64,000 nt of DNA from Thermodesulfobacteriota bacterium (GCA_046728175.1 JBKPEA010000003.1:3517-67516), one strand, 5' to 3'; shown: positions 27,128 through 36,923, counted from the first letter of the stretch. Numbers and translations: made by a program. The notes: generated by a model not told the origin, from the sequence alone.

Positions 27128-28663
27128 ATGGCGATTGCACACGAGAGTCCCCTCACTACAGCTGCCAAAGCGCGCGCCGGTGACCCGTGCGTCGTGGTGA
27201 TTTTCGGAGCAGCGGGCGATCTTACCAAGCGCAAGTTGGTTCCCGCGCTCTACAACCTGCTGATGCAAAAGCTGCTACCCGACCGGTTTGCGGTGGTTGG
27301 AGTGACTTCCGCCGAATATTCGGATGCTCAATTTCGCGAAAAGCTCTCAACCGATATCCGCGAATTCGCCACCACCAAGGTGGACGACCAGCTGTGGAGC
27401 TGGTTTGACGAACGCGTGCACTACGTGGCCGGCGATTTTAACGACGCGAATCTATACCAGAAGCTGAAAGCGTCGCTGGCGGCGGTTGACAAGGAGCAAC
27501 ACACGTCCGGAAACTTCCTCTTCTATCTCGCGACCGCGCCGCAGTTTTTCGGCGAGATAATCGGCCAGCTTGGTCGCGCCGGGCTTACCACCGAGGCAAA
27601 CGGCCAGTGGCGCCGCGTGATTATCGAAAAACCGTTCGGCCGCGACCTCGATTCGGCGCGCGCACTCAACAAGGAAATCAAGAAGACCCTGGATGAGGGC
27701 CAGATCTACCGCATTGATCATTACCTCGGCAAAGAGACCGTGCAGAACATGCTGGTGTTCCGGTTTGGCAACGGAATCTTTGAGCCGGTGTGGAACCGCC
27801 GCTATATCGACCACGTGCAGATAACCGCCGCCGAGACGGTCGGGGTCGAGCTGCGCGGCGGCTACTATGATCAATCGGGGGCGCTGCGCGACATGGTGCC
27901 CAACCACACGCTGCAGCTGGTCGCGATGACCGCGATGGAACCGCCGATTTCGTTCGACTCCGAAGCGGTCCGGGATGAGAAAGCCAAGGTCTTGCACGCG
28001 ATCCAGACCCTCTCGCCGGAAGCGGTTCTAACTCACGCGGTGCGCGGTCAATACGGTCCTGGAACGACGGACGGCAAGCGCGAGCCCGGCTACCGCACGG
28101 AAGCGCAGGTCAATCCGCAATCCTCGACCGAGACTTTCGTGGCGGTGCAGCTGGCGATCGATAATTGGCGATGGGCGGGGGTGCCGTTTTATGTCCGGAC
28201 CGGCAAGCGGCTGGCGAGGCGGGTTACCGAAATTGCGATTCAGTTCAAGCGCGCGCCCAAGCTGCTGTTCCAGGAGGCCGGCATAGACGAGATGTCCGCC
28301 AACATGGTGGTGATGCATATCCAGCCGGACGAGGGAATCTCGCTACGCTTCAGCGCCAAAGTTCCGGGGCCGACCGTGACGCTGGGCGCGGTCAACATGA
28401 ACTTCGAATATTCGCAGTACTTCGGCGCGGCACCGGCCACCGGATACGAGACACTGCTGCTCGACTGCATGATCGGCGATCCGACGCTGTTTCAGCGCGA
28501 CGACATGGTCGAAGCGGGATGGAGGGTGGTGGAACCAATCCTCGATGTATGGAAAGCACTGCCGCCGCGGGATTTCCCGAATTACGCGTCGGGCACCTGG
28601 GGTCCGTCCGAATCGGATCATCTGTTGGAACGCGAAGGCCGTCACTGGCGCGTCATTGGCTAA
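27128..28663 (+). CDS. zwf: glucose-6-phosphate dehydrogenase
   Basis: [13 protein letters not shown] dinucleotide motif and the RIDHYLGKE active-site motif. Confidence 0.95.
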   Translation: MAIAHESPLTTAAKARAGDPCVVVIFGAAGDLTKRKLVPALYNLLMQKLLPDRFAVVGVTSAEYSDAQFREKLSTDIREFATTKVDDQLWSWFDERVHYVAGDFNDANLYQKLKASLAAVDKEQHTSGNFLFYLATAPQFFGEIIGQLGRAGLTTEANGQWRRVIIEKPFGRDLDSARALNKEIKKTLDEGQIYRIDHYLGKETVQNMLVFRFGNGIFEPVWNRRYIDHVQITAAETVGVELRGGYYDQSGALRDMVPNHTLQLVAMTAMEPPISFDSEAVRDEKAKVLHAIQTLSPEAVLTHAVRGQYGPGTTDGKREPGYRTEAQVNPQSSTETFVAVQLAIDNWRWAGVPFYVRTGKRLARRVTEIAIQFKRAPKLLFQEAGIDEMSANMVVMHIQPDEGISLRFSAKVPGPTVTLGAVNMNFEYSQYFGAAPATGYETLLLDCMIGDPTLFQRDDMVEAGWRVVEPILDVWKALPPRDFPNYASGTWGPSESDHLLEREGRHWRVIG

Positions 28664-29649
28664 TGATCCTCGCGGGTGATATCGGCGGGACTCACGCACG
28701 AATCGCCACTTTCAACCTCGACGGCGGGCGGGTCAGGCTCGTCAGCGAACAAATCTATCCCTCGCACGAGCATCAGAATCTCGAAAGTGCGCTCCGCGCG
28801 TTCCTGACCACTCATCACGTAACGGCGACCACGGCGTGTTTCGGCGTTGCGGGACCGGTGCGCAAGGGAATTGCGGTTCTGCCCAATCTCGGATGGACCG
28901 TGGATGCATCGTCGCTTGCGCACGAGATCGGAATCGAACGCGCCGGCGTCATCAACGATCTCGAAGCCAACGCCTACGGTATCGCTGCGCTCGATGCTTC
29001 CGACTTAAGCGTCATCAACCGTGGTGCTGCGGATACAACCGGCAATGCGGCCGTTATCTCCGCTGGAACCGGCCTAGGCGAGGCGGGCCTCTACTGGGAC
29101 GGAAAAATCCTGCGGCCCTTTGCGTGCGAGGGCGGTCACGCCGATTTCGCGCCGACCGACCCGCTCCAGACCGAAATGCTCGGGTGGTTGCAGAAACAGT
29201 ACACGCATGTGAGCTGGGAACGTGTGCTCTCGGGCAACGGACTTTTCAATGTCTATCGCTTCCTGCGCGACACGGGGCGGGGCGAGGAACCGGCCTGGCT
29301 GACGGAAGAACTGAAGCATGACGACCCGCCCCCGGTCATCACCAGAGCGGCGCTAGAAAAAAGGTCGCCGCTATGCGAAATGGCGCTCGATCTGAATATC
29401 GTCCTGTTGGGCGCCGAGGCCGCGAACCTCGCGCTCAAGATCATGGCCACCGGAGGTGTTTACCTGGGCGGCGGGATTGCTCCGCGCATTCTCAGCAAGC
29501 TTAAAGAACCAGCCTTCATGGGCGCATTCACCAACAAAGGACGGATGAGCAATATGTTAAGCGCGATACCCGTCAAGGTCATCCTCAACGACAGCGCCGC
29601 CTTGTTGGGCGCGGCCCGCTGCGCCGCACTAACGGCCGGATTGCTCTGA
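28663..29649 (+). CDS. glk: glucokinase
   Basis: [18 protein letters not shown]-binding N-terminus. The start overlaps the zwf stop (TAATG). The listed ORF 28165-29649 carries a spurious 5' extension inside zwf. Confidence 0.9.
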   Translation: MILAGDIGGTHARIATFNLDGGRVRLVSEQIYPSHEHQNLESALRAFLTTHHVTATTACFGVAGPVRKGIAVLPNLGWTVDASSLAHEIGIERAGVINDLEANAYGIAALDASDLSVINRGAADTTGNAAVISAGTGLGEAGLYWDGKILRPFACEGGHADFAPTDPLQTEMLGWLQKQYTHVSWERVLSGNGLFNVYRFLRDTGRGEEPAWLTEELKHDDPPPVITRAALEKRSPLCEMALDLNIVLLGAEAANLALKIMATGGVYLGGGIAPRILSKLKEPAFMGAFTNKGRMSNMLSAIPVKVILNDSAALLGAARCAALTAGLL

Positions 29650-29656
29650 TTCTCTC

Positions 29657-29706
29657 CCCGCCCTGGGGCGGGTCCGGGCGGCTGGAAAAAAGGACCGACC
29701 AGCCGC
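29657..29706. terminator. two GC-rich hairpins between convergent glk and the MFS gene
   Basis: cccgcc-ctgg-ggcggg (29657-29672) and gcggctgg-N13-ccagccgc (29678-29706). An A6/T6 run lies in the second loop. Confidence 0.4.
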
Positions 29707-29802
29707 GTCCCTCCGAGCACTTCGACGATTGGTTTGTCCGAGCAGCGTCTACGTTGGTCCTCGGGTAGAACAGGTGGCCAAATCGGGCTCGGATCTCCGC
29801 GG

Positions 29803-31584
29803 TTAGGCCGCGCCATCCAGATGGGCGCGGATAGCAGCGGGTGGCACTCTGCCGGCACTCAAGCGCAGAGCGGCGCTGATACGCAGGAGGTGGAACACGA
29901 AAACTGCCAGCGCGAAGCCCGCGGCGACCACGCTGAGCGACGCGAGTGCTCCTGGGTCGGTTCCGGGGGCGCGGGCGCACGAGATGGCGTAGATCGCAGC
30001 TAACACCGACAACGCGATCGCGCTGGCGGCGGACACCAGCACGTCGCGTAGTGAAGAAAGTCCACGCTTATTCAGATGGCGGCGTAATTCGCCAGCAGAA
30101 AAGTTATCCAGGAACCATCCGGTTGCTTCGTCCACCGGACCCGCTTGTGGAGGAGGTACGGTCCGCGCGGTGAGTGGATCGATCGCATCGAGACCCTGTG
30201 CATGCCGATCGACACCCTCGAGTATCGCGCGATGGACCTTCTCCGTGATGGGAAATCGCCACGCAATCATAAACGACAGCACCGCGCACAAGGCCGGCAA
30301 CAACGCGAACATCCCCTTGATTGCAAGTATCACTTCCGACGACTGCACCGCGTTGGGCACGTAACCGAGTTCTCCCAGAATCGCGATGGGGACGACCGCG
30401 CTGGGAATCGCGACAAACTTCGGGAGGATGCTCCAGAACGCGGTGTACTGCGCCTCGCGTCGTTTGCCGGTATACAACTCGTCGTAGTCGATCACATCGG
30501 CCTGCATCGAGGGCCCCAGAAACAAGCCCGCGCCGAATGCGGCACCTGCCCAGGAAATCAGGACCATCAAGGCGGTCGTGTCGCCTTTGCCGAGAAAGAA
30601 CATGGCCCCCCCGCCGGTCACGTTCATCGCGAAGCTGGCGAGCCACGCGGGAAGCTTGCCCCAGCGCCGGGCCGCGGCGACCCACAACGGCAGGCACAGG
30701 AAGCCGACGCCGAAGTAGCCAAGCAACTCAAACGAAAGCCACAACCCGGGGTCTTTCGGCTGCAGCACGTAGGCGTTGAAGAAGGGCAGCAGGGTCGCCG
30801 GAATCGCCCCGGTGATCGACGACACGACGTAGCTGGCGAGCAGGATGATGAACGGGCGGTTGCGCAGCGCGCGTCTTACTCCGGGTACAAATGGATTGGA
30901 TTCGCGCACCGAAAAGTCGGGACGCTCGCGGACCTGCCACGCCAACAGCCAGTATAAGACGGTGAGAATGATCGCGAAGGTGACTCCCAGCACACGAAAG
31001 ACATGCCGTTCGTCCCAGCCAAACGCTTTCATCATCACGCCTGGGGCGGCAGCCGCGACGATGGTGCCCAAAATGGTAAACGACTCGCGGACGCCGAACA
31101 GGCTAGAGCGTTCGTGGTAGTCGAGAGTGAGTTCGGGACCGAGCGCGTAGTGCGGCAGGTTGTAGATCGTATGAAATATGAAATACAGCGTGAAGGTGAC
31201 GCCGAACCAGATCGCCGCCTGGTCGACGGTCAGGTGCTGCGGCGGACTCAGCATCTTCCAGAATGCAAAGCCGCAAAGCGGCGCCCCCAGGATGAGATAC
31301 GGACGGCGGCGGCCGAGACGGGTGCGGGTCCGATCGGAAATCCAGCCGACGATCGGATCGCTGATGGCATCGAGCGAGCGCGCCCCAGCGATCGCGATAG
31401 CCAGGAAGCCGAGCGGCACCAGGACCACATCGGCATAGAACTTGGGCATGTTGACGAGAATCGGAATGATGAGCGCGGCGCCGGCGAAGTTGGGGGCACC
31501 GTAGAGAAGCTTGATTTTCCAGGAAAGGCGTTCGGAATTGACTCGCGGCGCTTGAACGTCCACCGCGGTTTTCTGGATAGCCAT
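29803..31584 (-). CDS. MFS transporter, glycoside-pentoside-hexuronide (MelB-like) family, with a C-terminal extension
   Basis: Motif SDPIVGWISDRTRTRLGRRRPY. About 12 TM core, followed by a ~130-aa tail containing two more hydrophobic segments. Confidence 0.85.
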   Translation of the reverse strand: MAIQKTAVDVQAPRVNSERLSWKIKLLYGAPNFAGAALIIPILVNMPKFYADVVLVPLGFLAIAIAGARSLDAISDPIVGWISDRTRTRLGRRRPYLILGAPLCGFAFWKMLSPPQHLTVDQAAIWFGVTFTLYFIFHTIYNLPHYALGPELTLDYHERSSLFGVRESFTILGTIVAAAAPGVMMKAFGWDERHVFRVLGVTFAIILTVLYWLLAWQVRERPDFSVRESNPFVPGVRRALRNRPFIILLASYVVSSITGAIPATLLPFFNAYVLQPKDPGLWLSFELLGYFGVGFLCLPLWVAAARRWGKLPAWLASFAMNVTGGGAMFFLGKGDTTALMVLISWAGAAFGAGLFLGPSMQADVIDYDELYTGKRREAQYTAFWSILPKFVAIPSAVVPIAILGELGYVPNAVQSSEVILAIKGMFALLPALCAVLSFMIAWRFPITEKVHRAILEGVDRHAQGLDAIDPLTARTVPPPQAGPVDEATGWFLDNFSAGELRRHLNKRGLSSLRDVLVSAASAIALSVLAAIYAISCARAPGTDPGALASLSVVAAGFALAVFVFHLLRISAALRLSAGRVPPAAIRAHLDGAA

Positions 31585-31601
31585 GTTGTGCTGACAGCAG
31601 T

Positions 31602-31625
31602 GCGGGAGGCTTACCCGCCTCCCGC
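31602..31625 (-). terminator. 9-bp perfect GC hairpin (gcgggaggc-ttaccc-gcctcccgc) downstream of the amidase gene
   Basis: The arms are exact reverse complements. Located between the amidase stop (31722) and the MFS start (31584). No U-tract. Confidence 0.35.
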
Positions 31626-31721
31626 GGGATTAAATTAACCACAAAGACCCCCCGGCACCAAGAAAGGAAAACCCAACGCGGGTCCTATCCTCCCTGAGGT
31701 CTTTGTGCCTTGCCGTTACTT

Positions 31722-33125
31722 TTATTGATCGAAGAGCGGCGGGCGCCTGTGCTTCCAGGGGCACGCGGTCTCGTAAGCCGCCGCGAGCGAAAGAAGCTCG
31801 AACTCGCCATGCTGCCGACCGACGATCTGTAGTCCTATCGGAAGACCGGCGCTCGAGACGCCTGCCGGCACCGTGATCGCGGGCTGGCCGGTCGCGTTGA
31901 ACGGGTACTCGAATGCGATCCAGGTCCAGAGCTCGTCCAGGTAGCGATCGGGCCGCGACGGAAAGGTGCCGTTGCGCATTGCCGGCCTCGTCATGGTCGG
32001 AGTCAGCAGCGCATCGTAGGGGTCGAGCCACTCCACGATGGTTCGCGCGGTGTTGTGCATCACCGCCACGAGGTTGACGTATTCGGCGGCCGTGAGCCTG
32101 TGACCCTCGCGGAACATCTCGCGAACCACCGGATCGACCCACTCCATGTTGGTGATGGGAATGGCGGCGATTCCCACGCAGATGAGCGAGCGCGCGCAAT
32201 CGAGCAGCAGCGCGCCGGGATCCAGATCTATGGTTTCGACACCGTGTCCCATCTCGCGCAGCGCCGTGCATGCGGACTCAAACGCCAGAGCGACGTCGGC
32301 GTCGACCGGACCGAGCCTGGTTTCGGCGATTGCGGCCAACCTGAGTTTGCGGGGCACGAACCCGACCGCCTCGACAAATGGGCGCTCGGGAGGCGGCGCC
32401 CAGTACGGATCCCCGACCACCGGGCCCGCCAGCACATCGAGCATGAGCGCGGCATCGCGCACGGTTCGGGCGATCGGTCCGCGGGTAGCAAACCCACCCC
32501 ACGCTTCTCCGCGAAACGGCGCATAGCTGAGGCGGCCGCGCGAAGGTTTGAGGCCTACCACGCCGCAGTTGGAGGAGGGCCCCCGAATCGATCCTCCCCC
32601 GTCGCTGCCTTCGGCGAGCGGTCCCAGCCCCGCGGCCACCTGTGCGGCGGCACCGCCACTGGAACCGCCGGCATTATGGTCGAGATTCCATGGATTGTGT
32701 GCGGTGGGACACAATCCGCCCTCGGTGGTCGGGCGCCCGCCGAACTCAGGCGTGCTGGTCTTGCCCAGCAGGATGCCGCCGGCTTCGCGCAACTTGACCG
32801 CGATTACAGCATCGTCCGCCGGTTGTGCGGTCGCGTAGTTACGCGAGCCGCTGGTGGTGATGATGTCCTTGGTCGGCGTGAGATCCTTGAGCGAGTAGGC
32901 GATGCCATACAGCGGCATCGAGCCCGCCCTGGCGCGGTCAGCTTCGATGCGCTGCGCATCGGCCAGGGCGCGCTCCGCGGCGACCGTCATATAGGCGCCC
33001 AGCGTCGGGTTGTGGCGCGCGATGCGGGCGAGGAAAAACTCAGCAACTTCCCCAGGGCGTAGATCGCCGTGGCGCACCATCTCGCGCAGTTCCCACGCCT
33101 CGATGAATGGATCGAAAGCGGCCAT
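31722..33125 (-). CDS. amidase (amidase-signature family)
   Basis: AS signature GGSSGGAAAQVAAG...GSDGGGSIRGPS. Confidence 0.9.
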   Translation of the reverse strand: MAAFDPFIEAWELREMVRHGDLRPGEVAEFFLARIARHNPTLGAYMTVAAERALADAQRIEADRARAGSMPLYGIAYSLKDLTPTKDIITTSGSRNYATAQPADDAVIAVKLREAGGILLGKTSTPEFGGRPTTEGGLCPTAHNPWNLDHNAGGSSGGAAAQVAAGLGPLAEGSDGGGSIRGPSSNCGVVGLKPSRGRLSYAPFRGEAWGGFATRGPIARTVRDAALMLDVLAGPVVGDPYWAPPPERPFVEAVGFVPRKLRLAAIAETRLGPVDADVALAFESACTALREMGHGVETIDLDPGALLLDCARSLICVGIAAIPITNMEWVDPVVREMFREGHRLTAAEYVNLVAVMHNTARTIVEWLDPYDALLTPTMTRPAMRNGTFPSRPDRYLDELWTWIAFEYPFNATGQPAITVPAGVSSAGLPIGLQIVGRQHGEFELLSLAAAYETACPWKHRRPPLFDQ

Positions 33126-33128
33126 CGA

Positions 33129-33893
33129 CTAGGTCGCCGTGAGACCGCCATCCACCGACATCGAAGTGCCGGTTACAAACGACGCGGCGTCGGAGCAGAG
33201 CCACGCGACCGCCTCGGCAATCTCGGCGGGACGAGCCTTGCGCCCGATGGGTTCCACCTCGTCGAGCCGCGCGGCGAGTTTGGGCTTGCCGGCGACCATC
33301 CCTTCGACCAGCGGCGTGTCAACCACACCCGGGCATACGTCGTTGACGCGAATGCCGGCGCGTGCGTATTCGATGGCGGCGCACTTGGTCAGGCCGACCA
33401 CTCCATGCTTGGCCGCGGTGTATGCCGGCATGGAATGCGATGCGACCAGGCCGGCGGCGGAGGCGGTGTTGACGATCGCGCCCGGCGAACCTTGCGCCAG
33501 GAACTGGCGGATCTCCGCGCGCATGCAGAGCCATACGCCTTTCAGATTGACCGCCATGATGCGGTCCCATTCGTCTTCGGTGTAATCGGCGGTGCGGCAC
33601 TGGGTGCCGGCGATGCCGGCGTTGTTGAAGGCGCAATCGAGACGCCCGTAAAATTTCACGGCGGCCGCGACCAGCGCATCGGTGTCCGCGGCGCGGGCGA
33701 CATCGCAAGCGGCGAACTCGGCGGTGCCGCCCTGCTCGCGAATGAGGCGAACGGTTTGCGAGCCGGCTTCTTCGGAAACGTCAGCCGCAACTACCCGGGC
33801 GCCTTCCCGCACGAACACGAGGGATGCGGCGCGACCGATGCCCGATGCCGCACCGGTGATAATCGCAACCTTGCCGTCGAGAAGACCCGCCAT
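33129..33893 (-). CDS. SDR-family oxidoreductase
   Basis: TGAASGIGRA cofactor motif, NNAG, and the YTAAK catalytic motif. Confidence 0.9.
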   Translation of the reverse strand: MAGLLDGKVAIITGAASGIGRAASLVFVREGARVVAADVSEEAGSQTVRLIREQGGTAEFAACDVARAADTDALVAAAVKFYGRLDCAFNNAGIAGTQCRTADYTEDEWDRIMAVNLKGVWLCMRAEIRQFLAQGSPGAIVNTASAAGLVASHSMPAYTAAKHGVVGLTKCAAIEYARAGIRVNDVCPGVVDTPLVEGMVAGKPKLAARLDEVEPIGRKARPAEIAEAVAWLCSDAASFVTGTSMSVDGGLTAT

Positions 33894-34036
33894 CGTGATG
33901 CCTCCGGATTGTGGGGCAAGTTTGGCACCATTGAGAGAAATCTACCAAACCACCTGGTTTCCTCTCTCGGTCGCGGTCCTTAATCCCTACCGTTACACTG
34001 GGAGGGAATGGGGAACATAAGACCAAAGGCCAAGTT

Positions 34037-34073
34037 CTCCTGGCCGGGCACTTTAGTAGAATCCGGCCAGGAG
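34037..34073 (+). promoter_or_regulatory. 11-bp perfect inverted repeat (ctcctggccgg-N15-ccggccaggag) whose 3' arm contains the Shine-Dalgarno of the DUF2092 gene
   Basis: Arms at 34037-34047 and 34063-34073 are exact reverse complements. AGGAG (34069-34073) lies 8 nt before ATG 34082. Confidence 0.4.
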
Positions 34074-34081
34074 TTCAGACG

Positions 34082-34867
34082 ATGAACCTTCGCCAGGCGT
34101 TGCTTAAAGTCGCATGGGTAGTGCCCATCATTGTGGGCGTAGGTTGGAGCGCCGTCGCGGTCGCCCAATCGAGTGCTTCCGCGCCTCCACCGGCCCTGGA
34201 CCAGGCGGCGGACAAAATTCTGGCCAGAGCGTGCCAGACCCTGGGCGCGGCGGATGCGTTCAGCTTTCACGCCGACGTCATGTTCGACCAGGTTCTCCCC
34301 GGTGCAGTAAAGGTTCAGTACGGAGGAGCGATGGATTACGCGGTTCAACGGCCGGGCGAACTGGCGATCCTGTACCGAAGCGATCTGGGTGGCAAGGATC
34401 TATGGTACGGTAACGGTAGCCTTACGCTGTTCGATCCGAAGTACGCCATGTATGCGACGATCGCGGTCCCGTCGACGATCGACGCGATGCTCGACCAGGT
34501 GGCGGACAAGCAGGGATTGACGATGCCGCTTTCCGACCTCGTGTATTCAAACCCCTGCGCACGTCCGAAAAAAATTGCCGTCTACAGCGGCTATCTCGGA
34601 GTCCATCCGGTCGAAGGCGTGCCGTGCGATCATATTGCGCTTTCATCCAGCAAGGATGACTTCCAGATTTGGATCGAGCACACGGGGAAGCCGCTTCCGC
34701 GCAAGATCGTGATCAACCATCGCAGTGAACCGGGTTCGCCCGAATACATCGCGATCTTGTCGGGCTGGAAATTCCCGAAAGACATCGCATCAAGCCGCTT
34801 CCAGCCGCAGCTTCCCAAGGATGCTAAGCAGATAGCATTCATCAAAGCCGAGGAGGCAAAGCCATGA
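34082..34867 (+). CDS. DUF2092-like (LolA-fold) periplasmic protein
   Basis: Signal peptide, then sequence typical of DUF2092 proteins (FSFHADVMFDQVL...DLWYGNGSLTLFDP...QIWIEHTGKPLPRKIVI). Confidence 0.7.
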   Translation: MNLRQALLKVAWVVPIIVGVGWSAVAVAQSSASAPPPALDQAADKILARACQTLGAADAFSFHADVMFDQVLPGAVKVQYGGAMDYAVQRPGELAILYRSDLGGKDLWYGNGSLTLFDPKYAMYATIAVPSTIDAMLDQVADKQGLTMPLSDLVYSNPCARPKKIAVYSGYLGVHPVEGVPCDHIALSSSKDDFQIWIEHTGKPLPRKIVINHRSEPGSPEYIAILSGWKFPKDIASSRFQPQLPKDAKQIAFIKAEEAKP

Positions 34868-35658
34868 ATCGCACACGACGCAGTTCGGTAGGCTTGATAG
34901 CGAAGGTATTCCTGCTGGTCGGCGCGGTCGGCCTCGCCTATGCTCCCATCGCGTACTCCCGCGGCCGCTTCGGAGGCGGTGGGGGCCGCTTGGGGGGTGG
35001 CGGTGACGGTTTCGATCGCGGCAGTTTTGGCGGTGGCAGATCCGGCGGAGACAGGTTCGGCGAGCAGGGCCACCCGTCGAGCGGAGACTACGGGCACTCC
35101 TCCAGCGGAGACAACTGGCATCCGCCAAGCAGCGAATCGTCATCGGGTTCGAGTTCGCAGCATCAAAATGCCAGCAACGACTACAACACCTACCACCAGA
35201 ACCAGACGGCCGAGCAGCAGTCGCGCTACAACGAGGCCAACACCCTGCAGGAGAACCAGGAACAGACCGAAAAGCAGATGCACAACGAGACCATGAATAC
35301 GGTCAACAACACGGCCGGCGATTGGAACGGTGGCTACAATAACAGCGGTAGTTCGAGCACCGGCGAAGCGCTCGGCGCAGCGGCGTTGGGAATGACGGGT
35401 GGGATGGCGCTAGGCGAGATGATGAACAAGCCTCAGCAGAATCCCTACGCGTCGGCACCGCCTCCCGGATATGGTTCCTATCCACCTCCCAACTACGGTG
35501 GTGGCTACGCACCGCCCAGCTACGGCTACGGCGGCGGCTATCCTCAGCAAGGCGAATATCGGCCGCCGCAGCAGTACGGGTATCAGCAGCCGCCCCAGGG
35601 TTCTCAGCCCTATTACAACGGCAGCCAGGTGCAATACGCTCCGCCCGCCGGGCAGTAA
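34864..35658 (+). CDS. membrane-anchored low-complexity protein (G-rich, S/H-rich, N/Q-rich and P/Y/G/Q-rich segments)
   Basis: ATGA overlap with the DUF2092 gene. N-terminal TM/signal segment (LIAKVFLLVGAVGLAYA), GGGG runs, an N/Q-rich middle, a glycine-zipper-like GEALGAAALGMTGGMALG, and a PPxYG-type tail. Confidence 0.6.
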   Translation: MNRTRRSSVGLIAKVFLLVGAVGLAYAPIAYSRGRFGGGGGRLGGGGDGFDRGSFGGGRSGGDRFGEQGHPSSGDYGHSSSGDNWHPPSSESSSGSSSQHQNASNDYNTYHQNQTAEQQSRYNEANTLQENQEQTEKQMHNETMNTVNNTAGDWNGGYNNSGSSSTGEALGAAALGMTGGMALGEMMNKPQQNPYASAPPPGYGSYPPPNYGGGYAPPSYGYGGGYPQQGEYRPPQQYGYQQPPQGSQPYYNGSQVQYAPPAGQ

Positions 35659-35677
35659 TAGACCGTAGAGCGACAAA

Positions 35678-36841
35678 ATGCTGCGCAGCGAAGAGCGGGT
35701 CCTGACCACCCACGCCGGCAGCCTGCCGCGCACCGCCAGGCTCAAGAATTTATTGGTGCGAAGAAACCGCGGCGAGAACATCGACGTCGCGGAACTCGAG
35801 CGTGAGGCCGAGCAATCGACCCGCCGCGTCGTGGCCAAGCAACTGGAGGCCGGCATCGATATCGGCAACAACGGCGAGCAGCCCCGCGAGAGTTTCTTCA
35901 CTTACGTCCATGACCGGATGACCGGGTTTGGCGGGCGCAGCGAGCGGCAGTTCATGCGCGATATCGTGCAGTACCCCTCGTACCTGGAGAAGATGCGGCT
36001 CGGCGATCGGCAGATGGTCGATCTGATGCACGCGCCAATGGCGGTGGGGGAGGTTCGCTACCAGGATCGCGAGCCACTTAAGCGGGAATGCGCTGACTTC
36101 AAGCGCGTGCTGGCAGAACAGGGAAGGTCGTTCGCGGAGCCGTTCATGACAGCGCCATCGCCCGGGATCATCGCTACGGCGATGCAGAATCGACACTACG
36201 ACAGCCTCGAGAAATACGTGTTCGCGCTCGCCGATGCGCTGCGCGTCGAGTACCGGCATATCGTCGATAACGGTTTCGTGCTGCAGATCGATGCTCCCGA
36301 CCTTGCAATGGAACGTCACACTTCATTTGCCGATCGCCCGCTGAGCGAATTTATCGACTTCGTCGATATGACGATCGCCGCGATCAATCACGGCATCGAA
36401 GGACTCGCGGCGGACCGCGTGCGGCTGCATGTGTGCTGGGGAAATTACGAGGCACCGCATCACCTGGATGTCCCGCTCGAGGAAATCCTGCCGCACCTTT
36501 ATGCGGTGAATGCGGGAGGGTTGGTGCTGGAGGCGGCCAATCCACGCCATCAACACGAATACCGATGCTTCCGGTCAAATCCGCTGCCCGATCACATGCT
36601 CCTGGTCACCGGAGTCATCGACACGAAGACCAACTATGTGGAGCATCCCGAGGTGATTGCCGAGCGGCTGCAACGCGCGGCACATGCGGTCGGCGATCCG
36701 CATCGGGTAATTGCCGGGACGGACTGCGGGTTTGAGACCACGACCGGGCTCGGCGAGGTAGCGGAAGAGCTGGTTTGGGAGAAGCTAAAGGCGATGCGCG
36801 CGGGCGCGGACCTGGCGAGCAAAGTCCTGTTTGGCGGGTGA
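35678..36841 (+). CDS. cobalamin-independent methionine synthase II (MetE C-terminal-like) family protein
   Basis: N-terminus LTTHAGSLPRT, CWGNYE and the GTDCGF Zn-ligand region. 387 aa. Confidence 0.8.
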   Translation: MLRSEERVLTTHAGSLPRTARLKNLLVRRNRGENIDVAELEREAEQSTRRVVAKQLEAGIDIGNNGEQPRESFFTYVHDRMTGFGGRSERQFMRDIVQYPSYLEKMRLGDRQMVDLMHAPMAVGEVRYQDREPLKRECADFKRVLAEQGRSFAEPFMTAPSPGIIATAMQNRHYDSLEKYVFALADALRVEYRHIVDNGFVLQIDAPDLAMERHTSFADRPLSEFIDFVDMTIAAINHGIEGLAADRVRLHVCWGNYEAPHHLDVPLEEILPHLYAVNAGGLVLEAANPRHQHEYRCFRSNPLPDHMLLVTGVIDTKTNYVEHPEVIAERLQRAAHAVGDPHRVIAGTDCGFETTTGLGEVAEELVWEKLKAMRAGADLASKVLFGG

Positions 36842-36923
36842 AGACGTCCTCGGGCTGCGATGTGGCTCGCAGGGACACCGACGCACGGGAACTTTTGTTG
36901 TGTATTGTCGGTTGATCCGGCAG

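Noticed and set aside
28165-28662. 5' part of listed ORF 28165-29649
   Set aside because: It overlaps zwf in another frame with an implausible R/G-rich product. The glucokinase N-terminal ATP motif starts right at ATG 28663.
32055-33983. Two long plus-strand ORFs (32055-33062 and 33069-33983)
   Set aside because: Antisense to the amidase (GGSSGG signature) and the SDR (TGAASGIG, YxxxK). No motifs of their own.
34940-35296. Alternative-frame ORF (118 aa) inside the low-complexity gene, plus antisense ORFs 34630-35121 and 35303-35901
   Set aside because: The frame starting at 34864 has the ATGA coupling to the upstream gene, a TM/signal segment and a coherent domain-like composition. The alternatives are A/R/T-rich read-through of the same repeats.
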